Assembly: GCA_965112735.1 (NCBI GenBank)
Contig: OZ218965.1
Coordinates: 434,001 to 498,000, forward strand
Source of the DNA: Phaeosaccion multiseriatum
Lineage: Eukaryota > Protista > Ochrophyta, other classes
Reading direction: 5' to 3'
Length of the DNA stretch: 64,000 nt
How positions within the stretch are numbered: position 1 is the stretch's first letter; each line of letters opens with the position of its first letter. Below, one piece after another: positions 47,132 to 58,304 of the stretch. Made by a program: the position numbers and the translations under genes. Under the pieces are notes generated by a model, which ran no database searches, had not been told where the DNA came from, and was given only the letters and a program-made list of their open reading frames with translations.

Positions 47132-49304
47132 ACTGCTGCAGGCTATGGCAGCGGAGCGCCGTGCTCGAGGAATATCTCACTCTCTGCCGTCCCCTCCTCT
47201 CGAGCTTGACCACGGGGAGAATCGAGATAGTCGACGTCGTCGTCGAAGCACCAATCCGCAAACAACAACAGATGACGACTGCTCGGAGGACTCACAGTTG
47301 TCGGAAGAGGAAGGGGAAGGAGAGAGGCGAAAGAAGAGACGACGGGGTTCGAGGGGGGATGGCAGTGGAAGGCGGAGGAGTGGAAAGCAGCAGGTGGGTG
47401 GGGTGGGTGGATGGCAGTGAATGACAGTGGGTGGGGTGGGGGGATGGCAGTGAATGACAGTGAGTGAGGTGGGGGGTGGCAGTGAATAACAGTGGGGTGG
47501 GTGTGGTGGGTGGGTGGTAAAGAGGAGAGGAGAGAGGGGGTGTAGTGCTGGCTACTTGTTTTGGCTTGCTTGGTACTTGTTTTGGCTTGCTTGCTTGCTT
47601 GCCATACAATCAACCACCTTGTTGAGTCACTGTGGAGTCACTGCGGTGTCACTGTCGATTGGAACTTGCTTTCTGTATCATTCCATCCTATAGAGGGAAA
47701 GGGTGTGGCGACATCGGTAGCTGCTTCAGCCTCTCTTCTCCTCTTCTCTTCCTCTAACCATCCCCTCCCCTCCTCTTCCCCCTCTCCTTCCTCCTTTGCC
47801 CTCCCCCTCCCTTGCCCCCCCCCTCCCCTCCCCTCCCCTCCTCTTCTCTCTCCTATCCCCTCATCCTCCCTCCCCTCCCCTCCCCTCCCCTCCTCCTCCT
47901 CCTCCTCCTCCTCCTCCTCCTCCTCCTCCTCCTCCTCCTCCTCCTCCTCCTCCTCCTCGTCCTCCTCCTCCTCCTCCACCTCCTCCTCCTCCTCCTCCTC
48001 CTCCTCCTCCTCCTCCTCCTCCTCCTCCTCCTCCTCCTCCTCCTCCTCCTCCTCCTCGTCCTCCCCTCCCCTCCTTCACCGTACTCAAGCGCACATGTCC
48101 TTCCTCCTCCGGTGGAGTATGCGTTTCCGACGATGACGACAACAACCGTTTCGGAAACGATGAGGGTGAAGGGGAAGATGGAAACGACTCCTCCCACCCC
48201 CGCCCTCCCCGACAGCGCAACCGCAGCGAATCACCAGTTGCTTCCTATGGCGTCCTCACAGGCAACAACAACAACAACAACAAGAACAATCATACCACCA
48301 ACACCTCCGGCAGCGGCAGCAGCGGCAGCAACAGCAAGAGCGGGCGCCCCTCCTCCTCTGGATCCAAGAAGAAGAACGACAGTACCTCCCCGTGCCAGAC
48401 GGTTGCGGCTTTGGATTAAAGGACGGAAGGGCGGAGGGAAGGAGTGAGGGTTGGAGGGACGGACCGAGGGACGAGGGAGGGAAGGAGGGAGGGCGGGAGG
48501 GAGGGAGGGAGCTAGGGAGGGAAGGAGGGAGGGAGAGAGAGGGAGAGGGAAATGGAGAAACTGACGGACGGAGGGATGGATGGATAGAGGAAGGGAGGGA
48601 GGGAGGGAAGGAGGGAGAGAGGGGGAGAGGGAAGGAGGGAGGGAGGGAGGGAGGGAGGGAGGGAGGGAGGAAGGGAGGGAGCGAGGGAGGGAGCGAGGGG
48701 GGTGGAGGGACAAGATGTGGGCTGACACACCGCACTTGGCATGTCGCCATGTGTATGGCTGGCTCCCTCCCTCGGACGCAGCCTCACTCACTCTCTCCCT
48801 CGGTGCGTGTGGGCGCGTGTGTGTATGCGCGTCTTCCCTAACATTGGCTCCCCACACCGTCAAGTTCGGCGACGGCGCTGCCCTGCACCCCGACCAGTCG
48901 GAGGAGCAACTGAAGATGGCCTTCACCACCATCCGCCTGCGCAGCCCCTCCCCGCCCGGCGCCAGTTGAGAATACAAGTAGCTCGGTGTGATTGGGCGTC
49001 CACATCTTAGAGCGATTGGGCATCCGCTGCTTGTGATTGGGGAAAGGGCTCACTCAGGGTCCTATTCTCTCGACCCACCCACTTGTCATCCACTGCCATG
49101 GACTACGTGCATTCATCCCTTTATCCATTATGCGTCCTTCCGTCCCGCGGATGGTTCAAGATGAGAGTGTGTACGCCCTCACACACATCTTTCTGCCTCT
49201 AGGCGTCCCTCTTCACTTCCTGTCGCCCCCTCCCTCCCTCCTTCCCCAAGTTTCTTCCTCCCTCCTTCCTTCCCTGCCTCCCTCCTTCCTACCCTCCCTT
49301 CTCT

Positions 49305-51186
49305 CTCCCTCCCTCCCTCCCTCCCTCCCTCCCTCCCTCCCTCCCTCCCTCCCTCCCTCCCTCCCTCCCTCCCTCCCTCCCTCCCTCCCTCCCTCCCTCC
49401 CTCCCTCCCTCCCTCCCTCCCTCCCTCCCTCCCTCCCTCCCTCCCTCCCTCCCTCCCTCCCTCCCTCCCTCCCTCCCTCCCTCCCTCCCTCCCTCCCTCC
49501 CTCCCTCCCTCCCTCCCTCCCTCCCTCCCTCCCTCCCTCCCTCCCTCCCTCCCTCCCTCCCTCCCTCCCTCCCTCCCTCCCTCCCTCCCTCCCTCCCTCC
49601 CTCCCTCCCTCCCTCCCTCCCTCCCTCCCTCCCTCCCTCCCTCCCTCCCTCCCTCCCTCCCTCCCTCCCTCCCTCCCTCCCTCCCTCCCTCCCTCCCTCC
49701 CTCCCTCCCTCCCTCCCTCCCTCCCTCCCTCCCTCCCTCCCTCCCTCCCTCCCTCCCTCCCTCCCTCCCTCCCTCCCTCCCTCCCTCCCTCCCTCCCTCC
49801 CTCCCTCCCTCCCTCCCTCCCTCCCTCCCTCCCTCCCTCCCTCCCTCCCTCCCTCCCTCCCTCCCTCCCTCCCTCCCTCCCTCCCTCCCTCCCTCCCTCC
49901 CTCCCTCCCTCCCTCCCTCCCTCCCTCCCTCCCTCCCTCCCTCCCTCCCTCCCTCCCTCCCTCCCTCCCTCCCTCCCTCCCTCCCTCCCTCCCTCCCTCC
50001 CTCCCTCCCTCCCTCCCTCCCTCCCTCCCTCCCTCCCTCCCTCCCTCCCTCCCTCCCTCCCTCCCTCCCTCCCTCCCTCCCTCCCTCCCTCCCTCCCTCC
50101 CTCCCTCCCTCCCTCCCTCCCTCCCTCCCTCCCTCCCTCCCTCCCTCCCTCCCTCCCTCCCTCCCTCCCTCCCTCCCTCCCTCCCTCCCTCCCTCCCTCC
50201 CTCCCTCCCTCCCTCCCTCCCTCCCTCCCTCCCTCCCTCCCTCCCTCCCTCCCTCCCTCCCTCCCTCCCTCCCTCCCTCCCTCCCTCCCTCCCTCCCTCC
50301 CTCCCTCCCTCCCTCCCTCCCTCCCTCCCTCCCTCCCTCCCTCCCTCCCTCCCTCCCTCCCTCCCTCCCTCCTCCCTCCCTCCCTCCCTCCCTCCCTCCC
50401 TCCCTCCCTCCCTCCCTCCCTCCCTCCCTCCCTCCCTCCCTCCCTCCCTCCCTCCCTCCCTCCCTCCCTCCCTCCCTCCCTCCCTCCCTCCCTCCCTCCC
50501 TCCCTCCCTCCCTCCCTCCCTCCCTCCCTCCCTCCCTCCCTCCCTCCCTCCCTCCCTCCCTCCCTCCCTCCCTCCCTCCCTCCCTCCCTCCCTCCCTCCC
50601 TCCCTCCCTCCCTCCCTCCCTCCCTCCCTCCCTCCCTCCCTCCCTCCCTCCCTCCCTCCCTCCCTCCCTCCCTCCCTCCCTCCCTCCCTCCCTCCCTCCC
50701 TCCCTCCCTCCCTCCCTCCCTCCCTCCCTCCCTCCCTCCCTCCCTCCCTCCCTCCCTCCCTCCCTCCCTCCCTCCCTCCCTCCCTCCCTCCCTCCCTCCC
50801 TCCCTCCCTCCCTCCCTCCCTCCCTCCCTCCCTCCCTCCCTCCCTCCCTCCCTCCCTCCCTCCCTCCCTCCCTCCCTCCCTCCCTCCCTCCCTCCCTCCC
50901 TCCCTCCCTCCCTCCCTCCCTCCCTCCCTCCCTCCCTCCCTCCCTCCCTCCCTCCCTCCCTCCCTCCCTCCCTCCCTCCCTCCCTCCCTCCCTCCCTCCC
51001 TCCCTCCCTCCCTCCCTCCCTCCCTCCCTCCCTCCCTCCCTCCCTCCCTCCCTCCCTCCCTCCCTCCCTCCCTCCCTCCCTCCCTCCCTCCCTCCCTCCA
51101 TCCCTCCCTCCCTCCCTCCCTCCCTCCCTCCCTCCCTCCCTCCCTCCCTCCCTCCCTCCCTCCCTCCCTCCCTCCCTCCCTCCCTC
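49305..51186 (+). repeat. Near-perfect (TCCC)n tract of about 1.9 kb
   Basis: Only two visible interruptions (about 50371 and 51100). Confidence 0.97.
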
Positions 51187-52285
51187 GCTTTCCCACTCCC
51201 TCCCTCACTCCCTCCCTCCTTCCCTTCCCCCCTCCCTCCTTTCCTCCCTCTGTCCCTCTCTCACACTCTCGCTCACTCACTCACTCAGTCCCTAGAGAAG
51301 CGAGATGAGTCACTCGCCGACTCTTTCACTCCCTCCCTCCCTCCGTTCCTCCTTCGCTCCCTCCCTCCATCCCTCCCTCCCTCCCTCCCTCCCTCCCTCC
51401 CTCCCTCCCTCCCTCCCTCCCTCCCTCCCTCCCTCCCTCCGTCCGTCCGTGCCTGCATTTTTCTGTCCCTCCCTTCCGTCTCTCCCTCCCTCTCTCCCTC
51501 CCTTCCTCCCCTCCTCCCTCCCTCCCTCCCTCCCTCCCTCCCTCCCTCCTTCCCCCCCTCCCTCCCTCCCTCCCTCCCTCCCTTCCTCCCTCCCTCCATC
51601 CCTTCCTCCCTCCCTCGCTCCCTCCCTCCCTCCCTCCCTCCCTCCCTCCATACCTCTGTTCCACCTACATCCCATCCTCCCTCCCTCCCTCCCTCCCTCC
51701 CTCCATACCTCTGTTCCACCTACATCCCTTCCTGACTCCCTCCCTCCCTCCGCCCCTCACTACTTCTCTCTGTTCCTCCGTCCTGCCGTCACGCCCACCT
51801 TCCCTCCGTCCTTTTGTCCCGGCCTCCTTCCCCCCTTCCCTTCTTCCCTCCGTTCCTCCCTCCCTCGCTCCCTTGCTCCCTCGCTCCCTCCCTCCCTCCC
51901 TCCCTCCCTCCCTCCGTCCCTCCGTCCCTCCGTCCCTCCCTCCCTCCCTCCCTCCCTCCCTCCCTCCCTCCCTCCCTCCCTCCCTCCCTCGCTCCCTCCC
52001 TCCCTCCCTCCCTCCTCCTCCTCGTTCTCCTCCTCCTCCTCCTCCTCCTCCTCCTCCTCCTCCTCCTCCTCCTCCTCCCCCTCCTCCCCCTCCTCCCCCT
52101 CACCCTCCTCCTCCTCCTCCTCCTCCTCCTCCTCCTCCTCCTGGTCCTCCCCGTCCTCCTCCTCCTCCTCCTCCTCCTCCTCCTCCTCCTCTCCCTCATT
52201 CTCCTCGGGTGACAGAATAGCTACTGCGTCGCCCGTAGGTAAGACAGAGACAGGGATGGTCATGCTTGAGGTGAAAGTGCATGAG

Positions 52286-52803
52286 GTGAGTGAGTGAGTG
52301 AGTGAGTGAGTGAGTGAGTGAGTGAGTGAGTGAGTGAGTGAGTGAGTGAGTGAGTGAGTGAGTGAGTGAGTGAGTGAGTGAGTGAGTGAGTGAGTGAGTG
52401 AGTGAGTGAGTGAGTGAGTGAGTGAGTGAGTGAGTGCCTGAGTGAGGGAAAGAGAGAAGGGAGGGAGGGAGGGAGGGAGGGAGCGAGGGAGGGAGGGAGG
52501 GAGGGAGGGAGGGAGGGAGGGAGGGAGGGAGGGAGGGAGGGAGGGAGGGAGGGAGGGAGGGAGGGAGGGAGGGAGGGAGGGAGGGAGGGAGGGAGGGAGG
52601 GAGGGAGGGAGGGAGGGAGGGAGGGAGGGAGGGAGGGAGGGAGGGAGGGAGGGAGGGAGGGAGGGAGGGAGGGAGGGAGGGAGGGAGGGAGGGAGGGAGG
52701 GAGGGAGGGAGGGAGGGAGGGAGGGAGGGAGGGAGGGAGGGAGGGAGGGAGGGAGGGAGGGAGGGAGGGAGGGAGGGAGGGAGGGAGGGAGGGAGGGAGG
52801 GAG
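52286..52803 (+). repeat. (GTGA)n followed by (GGGA)n at the 5' end of an intron
   Basis: GTGAGT donor expanded to about 37 GTGA units (52286-52435), then (GGGA)n at about 52460-52803. Confidence 0.95.
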
Positions 52804-53343
52804 TGAGGGACGGAGGGAGCGAGGGAGCGAGGGAGAGGGGGAGCGAGGAAGGAGGGACGAAGACGGGGAAAGAGGGAAGGAGGGTGGGAGGGGGGGGAGG
52901 GAGGGAGGGAGGGAGGGCATGGGGGTTGATTTGGTGACGCTGTAGAGAATGGGAATATGGGCTCAGTTTGTTCACCTGGGGCCTGGGGAGGGGAGGAGTG
53001 AGGAAGAGGAGGGCTGTGCTCACTCCACATTCGCCAGTCCTGAAGGACGGAAGGAAGGAAGGAAGGAAGGACGAAAGGAAGGAAGGAAGGAAGGAAGGAA
53101 GGGGCAGATGGAGACAACACTGCACTGCTGTACCACCAACTGCTGCGGTTGCTGCTCGTTGTTGTGAAGCTTTGCGTTTTTTTGCTGTACCTCATTTTTC
53201 ATTTTGCTTGCGATTGCTGACATACTGTACACAACACACAAACAGGGCCAGGTGTGGCAGGTGCAGACCGACGTCATGAAGATTGTGTCTGTAGGGGCGG
53301 ACAGTGTCGTTGCGGTGACGGACATCAGCTCGGGAGAGCTCAT

Positions 53344-55318
53344 TGTTGAAAGTCAGTATTATGTCAATGGCCCAGGCCCAGGCAAATACGGTGAGAAACG
53401 GTGCGTGGCCCGTTTCTCACTCACCTCCCAGCAGGTTGGTCGTTTAGGATGGCTCACGGATAAAGCTAATAGAGACAAGGCTGGCTGCCAGGCTGGCTTT
53501 GGGGTTGCTATTACCTTGTCCATGCGGCTACTCCTATCCTAGGTGGAGAGCAACGTGACTCTTTACAACCCCAAAGAATCCCGAAGGCAGCTGACCTTGG
53601 CCAAGAGGCTCAGGCAGCAGCTCGGTAGCTTTGAGTTTGCCGGGAGCGGTGCCTTACAGCGGGCATGGCTTTCGAGTGTGGCAGCAGTACGGATGTTGCT
53701 GTTACACGGAAATTGCTGCTGGAGCTTGGTGGGCAGTGGAGATGGAGAATTGCCGGGAGCGGTGCCTTACAGCGGGCACGGCTTTCGAGTGTGGCAGCAG
53801 CACGGATGTTGCTGTTACACGGAAATTGCTGCTGGAGCTTGGTGGGCCGTGGAGATAGAGAATTGCCGGGAGCGGTGCCTTACAGCGGGCACGGCTTTCG
53901 AGTGTGGCAGCAGCACGGATGTTGCTGTTACACGGAAATTGCTGCTGGAGCTTGGTGGGCCGTGGAGATAGAGAATTGCCGGGAGCGGTGCCTTACAGCG
54001 GGCATGGCTTTCGAGTGTGGCAGCAGCACGGATGTTGCTGTTACACGGAAATTGCTGCTGGAGCTTGGTGGGCCGTGGAGATAGAGAATTGCCGGGAGCG
54101 GTGCCTTACAGCGGGCACGGCTTTCGAGTGTGGCAGCAGCACGGATGTTGCTGTTGCACGGAAATTGCTGCTGGAGCTTGGTGGGCCGTGGAGATAGAGA
54201 ATTGCCGGGAGTGGTGCCTTAGTCAGCGGGCATGGCTTTCGAGTGTGGCAGCAGCACGGATGTTGCTGTTGCACGGAAATTGCTGCTGGAGCTTGGTGGG
54301 CCGTGGAGATAGAGAATTGCCGAGAGCGGTGCCCTACAGCGGGCACGGCTTTCGAGTGTGGCAGCAGCGCGGCTGTTGCTGTTGCACGGAGCTTGGCGGG
54401 AGACAGAGAAGGATACTCGCAAGGCTGCTTTAGGGACTGTCTGGGTGCCTTGTAGGCACACCAGTAAACACTTGAGCAGTCAGCATTAGTGGTGCGCAAC
54501 GAGGCTTTGGCAACGCTGGTGGCGAGTAGGAGTGGAGATAGAGAATTGCGCGGGTGAGTTTGAGTCATGGGATGTTCTCATCCGTGAGCCTGTGTGGGTG
54601 AGTTTGAGTCGTGGGGTTTTCTCACCAATACAGGAGGGTGTGTGTTGGAGGAGCGGTCGCACACACCTGGGTGAGTTTTGCATATTTCTCATCCGTTTTT
54701 ATTGGAAGCAACATGGAGGCTTTTGCTACAAGTCGAGCTTTAGTAGGCGAACCCGCTTTGAGTTGCGTGGGGACACGCAATAGTTTAGTTCAGGGGGATG
54801 TTAGAAGTGCAGGGATGGCTGACGGGGATGTTGAAAGTCAGTATTATGTCAATGGCCCAGGCCCAGGCAAATACGGTGAGAAACGGTGCGTGGCCCGTTT
54901 CTCACTCACCTCCCAGCAGGTTGGTCGTTTAGGATGGCTCACGGATAAAGCTAATAGAGACAAGGCTGGCTGCCAGGCTGGCTTTGGGGTTGCTATTACC
55001 TTGTCCATGCGGCTACTCCTATCCTAGGTGGAGAGCAACGTGACCCTTAACATACGACTTCTAACAAGACCGTTGCTAGAAGACGAGCCCCCCCCCCCCA
55101 CCGCACATAGTGGAGAGAAGTAACTCGCAGTCTGAGAATCAGCATCATGGGCCTGCAAGCTGGTAACAGTTTTCGCCGAAAAATACGCTTTTTCACAAGC
55201 GACAGCTAAGGTTCGAACTCACAACTAGCCTTGTTAGAAGTCGTACTTTTGCTAGAGACACCTGCCCTCTGAATTCAGACCGGGAGGTATCAGTCTAGCA
55301 AAAGTACGACTTCTAACA
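53344..55318 (+). mobile_element. Non-autonomous LTR retroelement A (TRIM-like) with an extra 3' palindromic module
   Basis: 224-bp LTRs 53344-53567 and 54829-55052 (TG..CA; 2 mismatches seen). GGGGA purine run before the 3' LTR. Internal 113-bp array 53633-54390. TSD TCAT at 53340-53343 and 55319-55322. No gag/pol ORF. Confidence 0.92.
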
Positions 55319-55837
55319 TCATGATGAGCCTAATAGGGCACGCCTACGCTGTGTTACTGCAGCAGGCCTTCGACACCAAGAAGATCCTCTCGGCCTCCAG
55401 CGATGGCACCCTAAGGTGAGGCCGGACAGAGGAAGAGAGAGAGAGAGAGCGGCGTGACTTTGCTCTGCCGACCGCGGAGAGGGGGTGGGGAGGGTACTCA
55501 GAGGAGAGGAGCGGCACAGTGGAGAGGCCTACGGGTAGGGAGGTACTTGGGTATACACCCCCACCTCCTCCCCCCTCCCCCCTCACCCCCATCCACTGCC
55601 ATCCTCTGCAGATACTGGAGGTGGGTGGACTCTCGCAAGAAGCGTGAACACAAGTACCATATTGTGTCTGCAGGGGAGGGCCTCAGCCGAATTGCAGCCA
55701 AGCATGACGTGTCAGTCAGAGACCTCACGCGCTGGAGCGGAGTCACGGACCCGCGGTGGTGGTGGGTCACAACGGGTGCGTGTGGTGCAAGAGCAGAGGG
55801 GCAGATGGGGAAGTTATTTATTGACTTAATAGGCATC

Positions 55838-57596
55838 TGTAAAACGACGTACGCACGACCGACATGCGCTGTCGCCTACAGATAGGATAGAACTAGACAC
55901 ACGGACAAGGTAACAGCAACCCCAAAGCCAGCCTAGCAGCCAGCCTTGCCTCTATTAACTTATCGCATGCTAGTCCTAAACGACCACCTTCGCACATAGG
56001 ATAGTGAGAGCCACGCCACCCGTTCTCACTGTATCTGCCTGGGCCTGGGCCATTGACTTATGGCCCATCTCATGTGAGGCCTTCCAACATCCCCAATGCC
56101 TATCCCGGGGCCTTCCAACATCCCCAATAGCTATCCGCCACTTCCAACATCCCCTTGACAAGACTGTTGCGTGTCCCCACGCAACACAAGCGGATTCGCC
56201 TACTGAAGCTCGACTGTCGCACAAGCCTCCATGCTGCTTCCAAAAAAAGAAAACGGATGAGCATTATGCAACACTCACCCAGATGTGTGCGACCGCTCCT
56301 CCCACACACACCCCCTGTATTGATGAGAAAGTCCCACGACTCAAACTCACCCACACAGGCTCACGGATGAGAACATCCCACGACTCAAACTCACCCGCGC
56401 CATACCTTTCTCCACTCCTACTCGCCACCAGCGTTGCCAAAGCCTCGTTGCGCACCCCTAATGCTGACTGCTAAAGTGTTTACTGGTGTGCCTACAAGGC
56501 ACCCAGACAGTCCCTAAAGCAGCCTTGCGAGTATCCTTCTCTGTCTCCCGCCAAGCTCCGTGCAACAACAACATCCGTGCTGCTACCACACTCGAAAGCC
56601 GTGCCCGCTGTAGGCACCGCTCTCGGCAATTCTCTGTCTCCACTGCCCACCAACCTCCAGCATCCATTTCCGTGCAACAACAACATCCGTGCTGCTGCCA
56701 CACTCGAAAGCCGTGCCCGCTGTAGGCACCGCTCTCGGCAATTCTCTGTCTCCACTGCCCACCAACCTTCAGCATCCATTTCCGTGCAACAACAACATCC
56801 GTGCTGCTGCCGCACTCGAAAGCCGTGCCCGCTGTAAGACACCGCTCCCGGCAACTCTCTCTCTCCACTGCCCACCAACCTCCAGCATCCATTTCCGTGC
56901 AACAACAACATCCGTGCTGCTACCACACTCGAAAGCCGTGCCCGCTGTAAGACACCGCTCCCGGCAATTCTCTGTCTCCACTGCCCACCAACCTTCAGCA
57001 TCCATTTCCGTGCAACAACAACATCCGTGCTGCTGCCACACTCGAAAGCTGTGCCCGCTGTAGACACCACTCCCGGCAATTCTCTGTCTCCACTGCCCAC
57101 CAACCTTCAGCATCCATTTCCGTGCAACAACATCCGTGCTGCTGCCACACTCGAAAGCTGTGCCCGCTGTAGACACCACTCCCGGCAATTCTCTCCCTCC
57201 ACTCCCGCCTCTCCGTGCAACAACAACTCCGCTGCTGTCGCACGTCGTACGGCACTGCTTATGTGCCGCACTGTGCTCCCCTAACACGCCTCTTCCTTCC
57301 CTGCCTAAGCCTTTGGCTAAGTGCTGCTTTCGGGCCTTTGGGGTTGTAAAACGACGTACGCACGACCGACATGCGCTGTCGCCTACAGATAGGATAGAAC
57401 TAGACACACGGACAAGGTAACAGCAACCCCAAAGCCAGCCTAGCAGCCAGCCTTGCCTCTATTAACTTATCGCATGCTAGTCCTAAACGACCACCTTCGC
57501 ACATAGGATAGTGAGAGCCACGCCACCCGTTCTCACTGTATCTGCCTGGGCCTGGGCCATTGACTTATGGCCCATCTCATGTGAGGCCTTCCAACA
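55838..57596 (-). mobile_element. Non-autonomous LTR retroelement B, same family, inverted orientation
   Basis: 252-bp LTRs 55838-56089 and 57345-57596 (TG..CA, identical by eye). TSD CATC at 55834-55837 and 57597-57600. Internal 112-113-bp array at about 56555-57240. The interior is the diverged reverse complement of element A. Confidence 0.94.
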
Positions 57597-57811
57597 CATC
57601 ACCCTAAAAAACTGGAAGTGTGTGTGTAGCAGAGTAGAGCAGAGGGGATGGGAGGGGAAGGGAAGGGAGGGGTGAGGGAAGTGGCAGTCACCCAGACTTG
57701 AGACCACACGCACGCACGCACATAGGCATATATAGAAACGCAGGGACGCACACATATCGCACACATATATCTAAACATCCAAAGCACATGCACACACACG
57801 GCATACCCATC

Positions 57812-58304
57812 GCTCCCTCCCTCCTTCCCTCCCTCCCTCCCTCCCTCCCTCCCTCCCTCCCTCCCTCCCTCCCTCCCTCCCTCCCTCCCTCCCTCCCTCC
57901 CTCCCTCCCTCCCTCCCTCCCTCCCTCCCTCCCTCCCTCCCTCCCTCCCTCCCTCCCCCCCTCCCTCCCTCCCTCCCTCCCTCTCCCTCCCTCCCTCTCT
58001 CCCTCTCTCCCTCCCTCCCTCCCTCCCTCCCTCCCTCCCTCCCTCCCTCCCTCCCTCCCTCCCTCCCTCCCTCCCTCCCTCCCTCCCTCCCTCCCTCCCT
58101 CCCTCCCTCCCTCCCTCCCTCCCTCCCTCCCTCCCTCCCTCCCTCCCTCCCTCCCCCTCCCCCTCCCTCCCTCCCTCCCTCCCTCCCTCCCTCCCTCCCT
58201 CCCTCCCTCCCTCCCTCCCTCCCTCCCTCCCTCCCTCCCTCCCTCCCTCCCTCCCTCCCTCCCTCCCTCCCTCCCTCCCTCCCTCCCTCCCTCCCTCCCT
58301 CCCT
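57812..58304 (+). repeat. (TCCC)n tract
   Basis: About 490 bp, directly visible. Confidence 0.95.

Larger units (their letters stand above)
43695..48401 (+). other. Exon chain of an unknown low-complexity protein (gene fragment or pseudogene) split by satellite-filled introns
   Basis: Phase-0 exons 43695-43739 (VAAEARRALNALNEE) and 47142-47393 (AMAAERRARG..KQQ), and probably 48090-48401; canonical CAG acceptors and GT donors for the first two. Confidence 0.45.
52216..55755 (+). pseudogene. WD40-repeat plus LysM gene disrupted by an LTR element
   Basis: Exons about 52216-52285, 53246-53343 joined to 55323-55415, and 55612-55755. Removing the element and one TSD gives VKVHE|GQVWQVQTDVMKIVSVGADSVVAVTDISSGELMMSLIGH..FDTKKILSASSDGTLR|YWRW..HKYHIVSAGEGLSRIAAKHDVSVRDLTRWSG. 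Confidence 0.8.

Noticed and set aside
55200-55232. tRNA gene at GGTTCGAACTCAC
   Set aside because: No cloverleaf or A-box could be built on either strand.
53633-57240. 113-bp arrays as CRISPR-like arrays
   Set aside because: Units are near-identical along their whole length, with no unique spacers and no cas genes; the context is eukaryotic.
53543-57407. ORFs within the LTR elements as gag or cargo genes
   Set aside because: They are frame-cycling translations of a 112-113-bp repeat; no gag, protease, RT or integrase motifs.
53344-57596. Retrozyme (hammerhead-bearing LTR element), suggested by the 4-bp TSD and the TTGATGAG..CTCAAAC motif near 56320-56347
   Set aside because: No intact CTGANGA..GAAA core was found in the LTRs or array. 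The look-alike lacks conserved C3 and G12, is antisense to the element, and is explained by simple hairpins. An Infernal search would settle it.
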